Positions 28,340 through 39,200 are shown, counted from the stretch's first letter. The stretch: 64,000 bases of DNA from Candidatus Woesebacteria bacterium RIFCSPHIGHO2_01_FULL_39_32 (GCA_001792345.1 MGGJ01000001.1:48486-112485); one strand, 5' to 3'. Program-made: numbers and translations. Notes: generated by a model not told the origin, from the letters alone.

Positions 28340-29228
28340 GATTTTTCAGAAATTCTGCAAAATCGTGTCCTAAATCTTCTCGCTGAAGTGCAAAACGGAC
28401 CTGTGTCTTCATGTATCGAAGAGGGTCCCCCGTTGTTAGCCATTCACCAATAATTGGTTGCGCAATTACCTTTTTGCCTTTTTTAGCTAAATTATTCAAG
28501 ACATCTGCTACCCAAAGTTCGTTATCCTTTCCGGTCGGTGTTTTTTTGACCTCCTTTATAACATCATAACTAAAAACAAATCTGCCAAACTGAGCCATAT
28601 TGGATGGATTTTTTCCCAAAGGCATTTTTTCTAGAAGAGCTTTTATCTCATATTTGTATTTACCATCACTCTTGTATTCAACGGTTGCGTATCGTTCAAC
28701 CTCGCTGTCCGGAACTTTCTGCACAGCCAAGATCGCAGAGGGTTTTTCTTGGTAATAAACATCAATGAGTTGTTTTGTGACCGGTGCTTTCGAAATTGTT
28801 AGATCATCCCCGAACATGTATACGAATGCCTCATCATCGTCAATTAAAGGTGCTGCTACTAAAAGGGGAGTACCGTTTCCATAAGGAAGATTTTTCTTTT
28901 GCCTAACATAAACAAAGTTTGCAAGTTGTGGAATCTCTCGGACGGTTTTTAAAAGAGCTTCTTTGCCGTTTACATCAAGCATATACTCAAGTTCAAGGTG
29001 GCTGTCAAAGTAGTCTTCCATTATCCCCTGCCCACTACGGGTTACTATAATGATGTCTGTAATTCCAGAGGCAACACATTCCTCTACCAGGTGATGAATT
29101 ATGGGTTTATCAATAATTGGTAGCATTTCTTTGGGCTGATTTTTCGTAGCCGGTAGAAATCGGGTACCGTATCCCGCTGCGGCGATTATTGCCTTTTTAA
29201 TTTTTTGAAATTTTATTTTCACAAGCAT
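28329..29228 (-). CDS. galU: UTP--glucose-1-phosphate uridylyltransferase
   Basis: KAIIAAAGYGTRFLPATKNQPKEMLPIIDKP is a canonical GalU N-terminus; the ATG at 29228 with a GAGGTG SD is preferred over the track's TTG at 29246. Confidence 0.8.
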   Translation of the reverse strand: MLVKIKFQKIKKAIIAAAGYGTRFLPATKNQPKEMLPIIDKPIIHHLVEECVASGITDIIIVTRSGQGIMEDYFDSHLELEYMLDVNGKEALLKTVREIPQLANFVYVRQKKNLPYGNGTPLLVAAPLIDDDEAFVYMFGDDLTISKAPVTKQLIDVYYQEKPSAILAVQKVPDSEVERYATVEYKSDGKYKYEIKALLEKMPLGKNPSNMAQFGRFVFSYDVIKEVKKTPTGKDNELWVADVLNNLAKKGKKVIAQPIIGEWLTTGDPLRYMKTQVRFALQREDLGHDFAEFLKNLKL

Positions 29229-29287
29229 CAAAATTATACACCTCAAAGGAATTGTTTCCCAAATGCGTTCGAGGTATAATTTGGGCT

Positions 29288-29794
29288 ATGATTGCAAAAC
29301 CAAACGGACATTTTTATAGCCCTACAAAGGGTTTAATGACTAACTCGGACATGATTTCCGAGATATCTTCATTTGTTGACGAAGATCCTGGTAAGTTTTA
29401 TAGACTTGTCATTGGAACAGATAGTCAAACAAGAAAGACCAATGGAGAATCAGAGGTGGATTTTGTCACCGCAATTATCGTTCACAGAATCGGACGTGGA
29501 GCCCGATATTTCTGGAGGAAGGAAAAAAGAAACGGTCACCCACCTGTTTTAAGGGATAAGATTTATACAGAAACTCTGATGAGTCTTGAAACCGCACAAA
29601 AACTTGTGCCCGAAATCAGAAAAGCAATTTCCCCTGCAAAATATGATCTTGAGATTCACATCGACGTTGGTCCTCTTGGCCCAACTCGGGAAATGATCCG
29701 CGAAGTAGTAGGGATGGTAAACGGGAATGGGTTTGTTGCCAAAACCAAACCAGATTCCTGGGGTGCTTCTTCTGTTGCCGACAAACACACGTAA
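29288..29794 (+). CDS. YkuK/DUF458-like (RNase-H-fold) protein
   Basis: VIGTDSQ...VDFVTAIIVHR..ARYFW pattern; ATG at 29288 preceded by GAGGTA and a TATAAT-like box; the track start at 29252 is less likely. Confidence 0.4.
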   Translation: MIAKPNGHFYSPTKGLMTNSDMISEISSFVDEDPGKFYRLVIGTDSQTRKTNGESEVDFVTAIIVHRIGRGARYFWRKEKRNGHPPVLRDKIYTETLMSLETAQKLVPEIRKAISPAKYDLEIHIDVGPLGPTREMIREVVGMVNGNGFVAKTKPDSWGASSVADKHT

Positions 29795-29811
29795 ATAGCT
29801 GAAAGTTTAAA

Positions 29812-30276
29812 GTGCAAAATGCAAAGTTAAGAAATAAGTTTAAATTTCTTCCTGACATAGCTACTGCTGATCTTGCTTTTGAGGCTTTTGGAAAAGATGC
29901 TTCTGAATTATTTGAAAATGCTGGACTTGCACTTGAATCTGCTATGGTTGAATCGGATAGTTTGAAAACTCGGGAAGTAAAAGAAATTAATCTTAAAAAT
30001 GAAAACTTAGAGAATCTTTTGTCTTCATTTTTGGAGGAGCTTGTGTTTTTGAAAGATTCAGAACAACTTTTATTTAATAGTATAACCTGCGAGATAAGAA
30101 GTGAGAGTAATAGTAGGAAAAACTCGTATGAGTTGGAAAGTAAACTTGGTGGTGAAAAGATCAACCACAAGAAACATAAACTGGGGGTAGATGTTAAAGC
30201 CGTCACAAAACATCTATTTAAGATCGAACAGCTTGGCGATAAAACTTACCATTGCTTGGTAGTTTTAGATGTTTAA
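29812..30276 (+). CDS. Archease (RtcB activator)
   Basis: N-terminal FKFLPDIATADLAFEAFG matches the archease YxYLxHTADxxxxAYG motif; directly precedes rtcB. Confidence 0.6.
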   Translation: MQNAKLRNKFKFLPDIATADLAFEAFGKDASELFENAGLALESAMVESDSLKTREVKEINLKNENLENLLSSFLEELVFLKDSEQLLFNSITCEIRSESNSRKNSYELESKLGGEKINHKKHKLGVDVKAVTKHLFKIEQLGDKTYHCLVVLDV

Positions 30277-30300
30277 CTTTCGCAAAAACCTTATATTTTG

Positions 30301-30324
30301 TTCTATTGTTCTAGAACAGTAGAA
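30301..30324. promoter_or_regulatory. Near-perfect 24-bp palindrome TTCTATTGTTCTAGAACAGTAGAA upstream of rtcB
   Basis: Perfect 12-bp core TGTTCTAGAACA with symmetric flanks; 46 nt before the rtcB ATG. Confidence 0.35.
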
Positions 30325-30369
30325 CATTGTACGTTAGGTCTAGGATATCGGTGCTAAAATAAGTTTATC

Positions 30370-31824
30370 ATGGATGCAAATCTTCTTTCTGAGTTCAAGG
30401 AGATAGAAAAGGGTATTTGGGAACTTCAGAAAAGTTTTAAAAAGAAGATGCGCGCTCCACTCCGTATTGTTGCAACAGAGAAATTACTTTCCGATATGGA
30501 TGACGGAGCCGTTGAACAGGGCATAAATGTTGCGAGTTTGCCGGGAATAGTAGGATCTTCCTGGATGATGCCCGATGCCCATTGGGGTTATGGCTTTCCC
30601 ATTGGCGGAGTTGCAGCGTTTGATCTTAAAGAAGGCATAATATCGCCCGGCGGAATTGGTTTTGACATCAATTGCGGAATGAGACTCCTAACGACAAATC
30701 TTACTGAGAAGGAAGTAAGACCGAGAATTGAGCAAATTATTAATGATCTTTTTGATGTAATTCCGGTGGGCGTCGGAGGAGCGGGAAGTGTAAGGCTTTC
30801 TAAAAAGGAATTCAAAGAAGTTATAGTCAAAGGCGCAGCTTGGGCGGTTGAGAATGGTCTAGGTCGGCAGGAAGACTTAAGGCAGATTGAGGAGGGAGGT
30901 TTTATAAAGGATGCAGACCCGTCTGCAGTAAGTGATCGTGCAATTACCCGTGGTATTAATCAACTGGGTACATTGGGGTCGGGCAACCACTATCTTGAAG
31001 TCCAGAAAGTTGAAACTATATTTGATGAAAAAATTTCTCAAGAGTTGGGAATTTTAGAGTCCGGACAAATTGCAGTAATGATTCATTGCGGTAGTCGTGG
31101 TTTTGGACACCAGATTGGTACAGATTACCTAAATTCTTTTGAGCCTGCGATGAAAAAATATAAAATTGAAGTACCCGATAGACAACTTGCGTGTATGCCA
31201 ATTAGTTCTCCCGAAGGGAAAAAGTATTTTTCTGCAATGGCCTGTGCTGCAAATAACGCATTCGCAAATCGACAAATCATTGCTCATAAAGTGAGAGAAG
31301 TTTTCGCTCACATTTTCGGCAGATCTTCCGAGGATTTAGAAATGGATTTGGTTTACGACGTTGCCCACAATATAGCTAAGATAGAGAAACACTCAATAAA
31401 CAATAAGCGGAGCTTGGCCGACGAAGTCGGTAAACAAAAAACAATAAAGGAAGTAATGGTGCATAGAAAGGGGGCGACGAGGGCATTCCCTGGCCAACCC
31501 GTTATTTTGGGTGGATCTATGGAAACTGGCTCGTATCTTTTGATGGGAACAGAAGGGGCAATGCAAAAAACTTTTGGTTCCACCGCTCATGGGTCGGGTA
31601 GGACGATGAGTAGAACTAGGGCAAAACAAATAGTCCGAGGTGAGGAACTTCAGAAAAAAATGAAGAAACGCGGAATTTACGTAAAAACTGCATCATTTTC
31701 AGGATTAGCAGAAGAAGCGGGATTTGCATACAAAGATATCAATGAAGTGGTAACAGCTCTCTCAACTGCCGACATTTCTCAATCAATAGCTTCTTTTAAA
31801 CCTCTGGGAAATATAAAAGGTTAA
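30370..31824 (+). CDS. rtcB: RNA-splicing ligase RtcB
   Basis: 484 aa; GSGNHY, HCGSRGFGHQ and TAHGSGR motifs of the RtcB family. Confidence 0.85.
   Translation: MDANLLSEFKEIEKGIWELQKSFKKKMRAPLRIVATEKLLSDMDDGAVEQGINVASLPGIVGSSWMMPDAHWGYGFPIGGVAAFDLKEGIISPGGIGFDINCGMRLLTTNLTEKEVRPRIEQIINDLFDVIPVGVGGAGSVRLSKKEFKEVIVKGAAWAVENGLGRQEDLRQIEEGGFIKDADPSAVSDRAITRGINQLGTLGSGNHYLEVQKVETIFDEKISQELGILESGQIAVMIHCGSRGFGHQIGTDYLNSFEPAMKKYKIEVPDRQLACMPISSPEGKKYFSAMACAANNAFANRQIIAHKVREVFAHIFGRSSEDLEMDLVYDVAHNIAKIEKHSINNKRSLADEVGKQKTIKEVMVHRKGATRAFPGQPVILGGSMETGSYLLMGTEGAMQKTFGSTAHGSGRTMSRTRAKQIVRGEELQKKMKKRGIYVKTASFSGLAEEAGFAYKDINEVVTALSTADISQSIASFKPLGNIKG
31784..31820 (+). repeat. 37-bp direct repeat copy 1 (last 12 codons of rtcB)
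   Basis: caatagcttcttttaaacctctgggaaatataaaagg; matches 32580-32616 at 36 of 37 positions. Confidence 0.85.
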
Positions 31825-31844
31825 TTTACAAAGGTTAACAAATC

Positions 31845-31872
31845 TTGACAACTTGACAAGAAAATGTAGAAT
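31845..31872 (+). promoter_or_regulatory. Sigma-70-like promoter TTGACA-16-TAGAAT (tandem TTGACA) for the TA pair
   Basis: cttgacaacttgacaagaaaatgtagaat read directly; ATG 13 nt downstream. Confidence 0.4.
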
Positions 31873-31884
31873 TAGAATTAAATT

Positions 31885-32136
31885 ATGAAAGTATTAACTG
31901 TTGGCGAATTTAAATCTAAGTTTTCTGAAGTAATAAATCAGCTTCTAATAGGTAAGGAAGTTGGAGTTACCTATGGCAAGAGTAAAAAACCTATTGGAGT
32001 TTTTGTACCTTATAAATCATATAAAAAGAAAAATAAAATAAAATTGGGATTACTGAAGGGTAAAGCTTCTTTTAAGATAAAAAAAGGGTTTAAAATGACT
32101 ATAGATGAGTTCTTGAATTTGAAAGACACAACTTAA
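31885..32136 (+). CDS. Type II antitoxin (Phd/YefM-like)
   Basis: 83 aa; N-terminal MKVLTVGEFKSKFSEVINQL resembles Phd/YefM; precedes a PIN toxin. Confidence 0.5.
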   Translation: MKVLTVGEFKSKFSEVINQLLIGKEVGVTYGKSKKPIGVFVPYKSYKKKNKIKLGLLKGKASFKIKKGFKMTIDEFLNLKDTT

Positions 32137-32161
32137 AGTTCTTAAATACTCTTAAAGCTGA

Positions 32162-32560
32162 ATGAATTATCTCCTTGATACCCATGTTTTATTGTGGAGT
32201 GTTATTAGCCCAACTAAACTTTCAGAGAGGGTGAGAGAAATTCTCTTTAGTGCGGAGGGAACTAAATTTGTAAGCGCTTTGTCTTTATGGGAAATTTCTT
32301 TGAAGTATTCAATTGGTAAGTTAGAGTTAAAACCAGTAAGCCCGTTAGAGTTTTTGGGTTATATTAAGAAATCTGGATTTAAAACACTATCATTAACTTC
32401 TGAAACAGCCTCCTCTTTTTATAATTTACAAATACTGAAAAATAGAGACCCTTTTGATTTAATGTTAGCGTGGCAAGTAATTCGTGGAGGTTATATTCTC
32501 TTGTCAAAAGATAAGGGATTTGATGATTATCAAAAAGACGGCTTGAAAAGAATTTGGTAA
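32162..32560 (+). CDS. vapC: PIN-domain toxin (VapC-like)
   Basis: LLDTHVLLW start (first acidic Asp); later acidic residues consistent with PIN; 132 aa. Confidence 0.6.
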   Translation: MNYLLDTHVLLWSVISPTKLSERVREILFSAEGTKFVSALSLWEISLKYSIGKLELKPVSPLEFLGYIKKSGFKTLSLTSETASSFYNLQILKNRDPFDLMLAWQVIRGGYILLSKDKGFDDYQKDGLKRIW

Positions 32561-32579
32561 GAAACCGAAATCTTCCAGC

Positions 32580-32616
32580 CAATTGCTTCTTTTAAACCTC
32601 TGGGAAATATAAAAGG
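32580..32616 (+). repeat. 37-bp direct repeat copy 2
   Basis: caattgcttcttttaaacctctgggaaatataaaagg followed by tga; encodes the same ..SFKPLGNIKG* as the rtcB end. Confidence 0.85.
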
Positions 32617-32622
32617 ATGAAT

Positions 32623-32847
32623 TTATCGTCCGTATATATCATCGTCTTCATCACCAAATCTTGGGGGCCATATGGAGCCCGGGAGATATTTAACAAGACC
32701 TTCAGGAGTTAATACGGTAGTTTCTTTCAGGCTAGGATCATTTGGATCACCGGGCAGCTTTAATTCTTTAAACATCTTCTCTCTCGTTGTAAACGGAAGA
32801 AGAATTGGCTTCGAATCAACTTCTTGCACAGGATTATATTTTACCAC
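32623..32847 (-). CDS. Hypothetical small protein (74 aa)
   Basis: ORF with non-repetitive composition, divergent from the rml genes; no motif. Confidence 0.25.
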   Translation of the reverse strand: MVKYNPVQEVDSKPILLPFTTREKMFKELKLPGDPNDPSLKETTVLTPEGLVKYLPGSIWPPRFGDEDDDIYGR

Positions 32848-32888
32848 TTATTGACTATAGTTTGGGGAATTTGGTATTATGCGGGTAT

Positions 32889-33618
32889 TGTGAAAGGTGT
32901 TGTACTTGCTGGAGGACTCGGAACCCGTCTTTATCCTCTTACTTACACCACGAATAAGCATTTACTTCCTATTTATGATCAGCCAATGATTTTTTACCCC
33001 ATTCGGACATTAGTAAAAGCAGGTATAAAGAGTGTCATGGTGGTGGTTAGTGGTCCCCATTCTGGTCAGTTCATACAAATTTTAAAAAATGGAAAAGAGT
33101 TGGGTTTAGAACATTTAGAATATGGTTATCAAGAAAATCCTATGGGCGGCTTGGCAGATGCTTTAAAAGTAGCGGAAGATTTCGCAGATGATGAATCGGT
33201 GACACTGATTCTCGGGGACAATACGACAGACGCTGATGTTTCAAAGGAAATTGCCTCATTTGAAAAAGGTTCAATAATGTTTCTCAAAAAAGTTTCCGAT
33301 CCGGAGCGTTTCGGAGTTCCGATATTCGACAGGAAAGAAAAGCAGAAGATTGTGGGCATCGTCGAAAAACCAAAAAAACCACCATCACAATATGTATCTA
33401 CCGGTTTATATGTTTTTGATAGTAGATGTTTTAACATCGCCAAAGGATTAAAACCATCAAAAAGAGGACAACTTGAAATTGTAGATGTCCAGGATTATTA
33501 CATTAAAGAAGGGACGATGAAGTGGTATGAATTAAAGGGCTATTGGCACGACGTTGGAACTTTTGATAGTCTTTTAGAAGCAAACAAATATTGGGCAAGT
33601 AAGTCGTTAAACCATTAA
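32889..33618 (+). CDS. rmlA: Glucose-1-phosphate thymidylyltransferase-like sugar nucleotidyltransferase (short form)
   Basis: KGVVLAGGLGTRLYPLT...LLPIYDQPMIFYPI; probable GTG start at 32889 (track start 32824 adds an implausible hydrophobic leader). Confidence 0.65.
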
Positions 33619-34625
33619 TGAAACTTCTAGTTACAGGTGGTGCAGGATTCATTGGATCGAATTTTATTCGTTACTGGTTGAAAAAATATCCTAACGATAA
33701 AATTGTTAATCTCGACAAGCTAACATACGCCGGACATCTGTCTTCAACCAAAGACTTTTCGGATAATCCCAAGTGTACATTTATAAAGGGCGATATTTGT
33801 AGCAGTGAACTGGTCCATGAAATCATGAAAGCTATCGATATCGTTGTCCACTTTGCAGCGGAGTCACACGTCGACCGTTCAATAGTAGGACCTGCAACCT
33901 TTGTAAAAACTAATATTTTAGGCACACAAGTCTTATTGGACGCAGCGGTTAAGAATAAAGTAAAAAGATTTCATCATGTCTCAACAGATGAAGTATTTGG
34001 GTCACTTCCATTAAATAGTAAAGCAAAGTTTTCTGAAAAGACAATTTATGATCCAAAGAGTCCGTATTCTGCTTCAAAAGCAGCATCCGATCATCTGGTT
34101 CGTGCTTATCACAATACTTATGGTTTGGATATTACGATAACTAACACCTCAAATAACTACGGTCCTTATCAAGACCCTGAAAAATTTCTGCCCCGAATGA
34201 TTACTAATTTAATTGACGATAAAGAAATTCCTATTTACGGTGACGGTAAATACGTTAGGGATTGGATTTATGTTGAAGATCACTGTAGAGCAATTGACAT
34301 TGTATTACAGAAAGCTAAGGTGGGTGAAACATATCTTGTGGGTGGGTTGACTAAGGATGTTAATAATTTGCAAATCGCTAAAAAGCTTCTGAAGATTTTT
34401 CGATATGATGAATCATATTTGAAGTTTGTAAAAGATAGGCCAGGACATGATAGAAGGTATGCTGTTAATTGGAGTAAAATAAAGCTAGAATTGGGGTGGA
34501 AACCAAAATACGATTTTGATACGTGGCTTGAAAGAACAGTAGAATGGTATAAATATAATGAGTGGTGGTGGAGACCGATTAAAAAGGAAGCGGAGAAATT
34601 ATATGCAAAAACTGGACAAAAATAA
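33618..34625 (+). CDS. rmlB: dTDP-glucose 4,6-dehydratase
   Basis: VTGGAGFIGSNF; YSASKAASD (YxxxK); 335 aa. Confidence 0.8.
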   Translation: MKLLVTGGAGFIGSNFIRYWLKKYPNDKIVNLDKLTYAGHLSSTKDFSDNPKCTFIKGDICSSELVHEIMKAIDIVVHFAAESHVDRSIVGPATFVKTNILGTQVLLDAAVKNKVKRFHHVSTDEVFGSLPLNSKAKFSEKTIYDPKSPYSASKAASDHLVRAYHNTYGLDITITNTSNNYGPYQDPEKFLPRMITNLIDDKEIPIYGDGKYVRDWIYVEDHCRAIDIVLQKAKVGETYLVGGLTKDVNNLQIAKKLLKIFRYDESYLKFVKDRPGHDRRYAVNWSKIKLELGWKPKYDFDTWLERTVEWYKYNEWWWRPIKKEAEKLYAKTGQK

Positions 34626-34627
34626 CT

Positions 34628-35170
34628 ATGGACCCTGATAAAATAACAGTTGAATGGTTACAAAATCAAGAAACAGTAGGTAAGTTTCAGGTACAAAATA
34701 TTTATAAACCTCCGACTATTGAAGGTGTAATTTTAAAAGAGTTAAATCCGTTAGTTGATGGTAGGGGTGATGTGATCGAACTTTGGAGTAAGCCTTGGGT
34801 TGAAAAGGAGGGTTTTGTAGTTCCAACACATTGTTATCAAAGCGCAACGGACTTCGGTGTTGTCAAATGTTGGCATCTTCATAAAATTCACACAGATCAA
34901 TTTACTGTTACTCGGGGTAAGTTACAAGTTTCATTAGTCGATATAAGAAAGGATTCAAAGACTTTTGGGCATGTAAATTTAGTTTTTTTGGGAGTTCAGC
35001 GACCCAGGCTTCTTAAAATTCCTCCAGGAATTATGCATGGATGGAAAGCTCTGACTAAACCCGAGGTTATTGTTGTTAATTTTCAGTCGCATGTTTATGA
35101 TGCAATGGATGAATATAAATTTCCCTGGAATTGTGTATTAGAAAATATTTGGGAACCGAAAAATGGATAA
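34628..35170 (+). CDS. rmlC: dTDP-4-dehydrorhamnose 3,5-epimerase (cupin)
   Basis: 180 aa; RmlC-like cupin; positioned between rmlB and rmlD. Confidence 0.6.
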   Translation: MDPDKITVEWLQNQETVGKFQVQNIYKPPTIEGVILKELNPLVDGRGDVIELWSKPWVEKEGFVVPTHCYQSATDFGVVKCWHLHKIHTDQFTVTRGKLQVSLVDIRKDSKTFGHVNLVFLGVQRPRLLKIPPGIMHGWKALTKPEVIVVNFQSHVYDAMDEYKFPWNCVLENIWEPKNG

Positions 35171-35173
35171 ACT

Positions 35174-36088
35174 ATGAAAGGATTAATTTTAGTTACCGGT
35201 TCTGAGGGCTTGGTTGGCTCCAGGTTTGTGGAGCTGTCCGAACTAAAAGATTCACTTCATTTGCCAAAAGAAGTTGAACTCGACATAACCGATAAGTCAG
35301 AACTGAAAGCAGTCTTTAGAAGTTTTGATTTCCGTGCTGTTGTTCATTTTGCGGCTTTTACTGATGTTGCTAAGGCCGAAGAGGAAAGAGGGGATAAATA
35401 TGGAGATTGCTGGCAGGTCAATGTGGAAGGGACAAGAAATCTAGTAGAAGCTGTTAAACCTCATAAGGCTAGAATTCATTTTATCCAGATTTCGACAGAC
35501 ATGGTCTTTTCGGGTAGTACCTGGGATCCTGGGGCGTATAAAGAGGATCATTCTCCTGAGAAAGATTCGAACAAAGTTTCATGGTATGGTTTTACAAAAG
35601 CAGAAGCTGAGCGGATAGTTCAAAGCACTTTAGGTGCATCCGCAACAGTTTTAAGAATTATTTACCCCGTACGTGCTAAGTTTGATAAAAAATTGGACTA
35701 TATTAGAAAGCCTTTACAACTATACGACGAAGGTAAACTATATCCAATGTTTACAGATCAACAAATATCAATAAGTTTTGTTGACGAAGTCAGTTTAGCG
35801 CTAGATAAAATTATAATAGAAGGATATAGGGGAATCTTCCATGCTGCTTCCCGCGATACTACAACTCCACATAAACTCCTAAGCTTTTGTTTAGAAAAGA
35901 CCCGCGGTATTAAAAATGCTGTAAAGCCAACCACCTTAAAGGAGTTTTTACAAAAAACCGAAGCATCAGCCCAACGTTACCCTAAATTTGGTGGTTTGAG
36001 AGTGGAAGAGACGGAGCAAAAACTAGGCATGAGGTTTAGTACTTGGAAACAGATAGTTGAAAAATTAGTAAATCAAGGTTTGGGGTGA
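35174..36088 (+). CDS. rmlD: dTDP-4-dehydrorhamnose reductase
   Basis: ILVTGSEGLVGS Rossmann motif; 304 aa; operon context. Confidence 0.65.
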   Translation: MKGLILVTGSEGLVGSRFVELSELKDSLHLPKEVELDITDKSELKAVFRSFDFRAVVHFAAFTDVAKAEEERGDKYGDCWQVNVEGTRNLVEAVKPHKARIHFIQISTDMVFSGSTWDPGAYKEDHSPEKDSNKVSWYGFTKAEAERIVQSTLGASATVLRIIYPVRAKFDKKLDYIRKPLQLYDEGKLYPMFTDQQISISFVDEVSLALDKIIIEGYRGIFHAASRDTTTPHKLLSFCLEKTRGIKNAVKPTTLKEFLQKTEASAQRYPKFGGLRVEETEQKLGMRFSTWKQIVEKLVNQGLG

Positions 36089-36128
36089 CAACAGAAAACC
36101 TATAACAATTCATTATTATCCTCTATAG

Positions 36129-36157
36129 TTGAAATACTAAATATCCTCTAGTATAAT
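36129..36157 (+). promoter_or_regulatory. Sigma-70-like promoter TTGAAA-17-TATAAT
   Basis: ttgaaaTACTAAATATCCTCTAGtataat read directly; ~65 nt before the megaprotein ATG. Confidence 0.5.
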
Positions 36158-36224
36158 ACCTTACCTTCGAATGTGCCTGATTTAAACTGCCTTGGCTTTT
36201 CGTGGGTAAATAATTATTGTTATA

Positions 36225-39200
36225 ATGCCCAAACTAGATGTAGTTATACCTGCTCATAACGAATCCGATAATATTATTGAATTATTGGTAAGGCTCGAAA
36301 GAGCGCTATTTAATGCTGGAATAAAATACAACATTTTTGTTGTTGATAATCGCTCTTCTGACGGAACTGATGAAAGGGTAAAAGAATACATAAATAGTTC
36401 GAATTCTTCGTCGATAAAACTCTTGTACAAAAAAGATAAACAGGGAAAGGCATATGCAATTCTGGAAGGTACACATTACGGTAAAGCGCCCTATATAGCC
36501 ATGATTGATGGAGATCTTCAGTATCCCCCGGAAGTGTTACCTGAGATGTTTAAACTTGTTAAAAAATTTGGGGTCGTTGTGGCAAACAGAAAAAAGAATG
36601 GTGCTGGATTTTTAAGAAAAATAGGCACCAGGCTTAACAGATACATCTTCGAGAAAAAACTTTTGGGTTTGAATTGTGATACGCAATCAGGCCTGAAGGT
36701 TTTTAAGCGAGAGATTATACGTTATTTACATGAGGCTGATGTAAAACCATGGTCTATAGATATGCCTCTCTTGGTTACCGCTAGGCGCCTTGGCTACAAA
36801 ATTGCAACCGTCGATATCGAATTTGCCAAGAGAAAATCAGGTTTATCAAAGGTTAGTTTTCTAAAAACAGGTTTTCAGATAGCGACAACTGCAATCTCAC
36901 TAAAACTTTCAGAAAAAAAACCATTTAAAGTATTACCCAAAAACGAACGTTCACCAATCGGAGCTGGGGTAGTTTACAAAGGTCGAAGGTTTACTACCCA
37001 CACAAACCTTCCATTCTCGGAGACTGCTTTGAAGACCCTTAATATTCGTCAGAAATTATTACTGGGTGCAGTAGTTTTACTACTAACTGCTGGTCTTTTT
37101 ATAAACGCGAAGGGTACCGTGATTATACTCATAGCACTTCTATCCGCACTGTATTTTTTGGATTTTATTTTTACAACTTTTATTCTTCTTAGGAGTTTGT
37201 CTAAGAATATCGAAATTAAATTTTCGAAAAAGTCATTGGGACAGTTAAATGACAAAAGTCTTCCCAAATACAGCATTTTGTGTCCGCTTTACAAAGAGGC
37301 TAACGTATTACCTGACTTTGTAAAAGCAATAAATAATTTAGACTGGCCAAAGGATAAGCTTGACGTTATTTTGCTCCTTGAAGAAAACGATAAAGAAACA
37401 CAAAAGGCTGCGGAAAACCTTTCCGATCAGAGTCATTTTAGAGTACTCGTGGTACCCCATTCTCTTCCTAAGACTAAACCTAAAGCTTGCAATTACGGTT
37501 TAGCGTTTGCAAAGGGAGAATATGTAGTTGTCTATGATGCAGAGGATAGACCCGATCCGATGCAACTGAAAAAAGCATACATTGGTTTTAAAAGATCCGC
37601 CTCAAAAGTCGTTTGTCTACAATCAAAACTGAATTACTACAATCCGGATCAAAATTTTTTAACAAAGCTTTTTACAGCAGAATATTCATTATGGTTTGAT
37701 TTGATCTTACCTGGACTTCAGTCGGTGAAAACCATAATCCCGCTTGGTGGGACAAGCAATCATTTTAAACTTTTCGTTTTAAGAGATTTAGGAGGTTGGG
37801 ACGCTTTTAATGTTACAGAGGATTGTGAATTGGGGACGCGCCTTTTTAGAAAGGGTTTTACAACGGCAATAATTGATTCTACGACTTATGAAGAAGCAAA
37901 TAGCAAGGTCAAAAGTTGGTTAAAACAACGTTCACGTTGGATTAAAGGGTATCTGCAAACTTATTTCGTTCACACAAGACATCCTCTTAGTTTTGTTGTT
38001 GATCATGGGGTCCAGGCATTTATATTCCAACTAGTTATTGGAATGCGGATGATCTTCATCATGATAAACCCCATTCTTTGGCTAGTTACTATTTCTTATT
38101 TTATGTTTAGGCCGACTCTTGGGTTAACAATTGAATCTTTATATCCAACACCAATTTTTTATATGGCGGTTTTTCCTATGATCTTTGGGAATTTTCTTTA
38201 CCTTTATAACTACATGATAGCCTTAGCAAAAAGAGAAAAGTGGTACCTAATAAAATACGTTTATTTAGTTCCTTTTTACTGGGTAATGGTGAGTTTTGCG
38301 TCATTTATCGCACTCTATCAGTTGATTGTTAAACCTCACTATTGGGAAAAGACAGAACATGGGTTTCATCTTGCACCAAAGAAAAAAGAATCTAAGTCAC
38401 CAGGGCTTGCTATTTCCTTATCTATTCCTTCCCTGCAAGAATCTTTTTTTGATTCGGTAAGAAATTTACTGAAGAAGGAAAACTTTGCTTTGGGAGCAAT
38501 TTTACTAATTATTTCTTCCGGTTTAGTAAATTTTATTGACTTTCTTTATAACGCGTATCTGGGAAGAAAATTAGAAATTGTGGAGTTTGGAAACGTAGCA
38601 CTCCTTGGAAATTTCATAACAATTGCTGGAATTTTAACAAGCGCCCTAATGAGAGTTACAACCCATAAGGCAAGTTACTTCTTTGGGAAACATAACGCTC
38701 CGGCCAAGGAATTTTGGAGAAGAATTAAGAAGTGGGTTTGGTTCGGATCTTTGGCAGCAACGTTTGTCTGGGTTATTTCTATCCCGTCATTAGGAAATTA
38801 TTTTAATATCGGTGGCTTAATGCAGTTTGTTCTCTTCACTCCGTTTTGGACAGTTGGTTTTCTGGCCGGACTAAATATAGGCTTTTTAGGAGGAAACTTT
38901 AAATTTAGTGTGATTGCATTAATTTCATTTGTTGAAGTACTTACAAAATTACTTATTGCTGTAGTTACAGTAGAAATGGGATATCCCTCACTCGTTTATA
39001 TTTCTTTACCAATCTCAGTAGTTATTGCGTTTTTCATTAGTTACATCGTCATTTCCAGGATGCAGGATGCGAAGGATTACAAAGATAAAGAAAGCGACCT
39101 AACTTTCCCGCGCGGATTTTTCCTTGCATCCTTACTAACCAATGTGTCGATAGTTGCCTTTTTATCAATCGATGTTGTACTTGCAAAACATTATCTTTCT

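Larger units (their letters stand above)
31821..32579 (+). mobile_element. Putative inserted toxin-antitoxin cassette bounded by duplicated rtcB 3'-end sequence
   Basis: Phd-like plus PIN genes with their own promoter, lying between the two 37-bp direct repeats. Confidence 0.4.
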
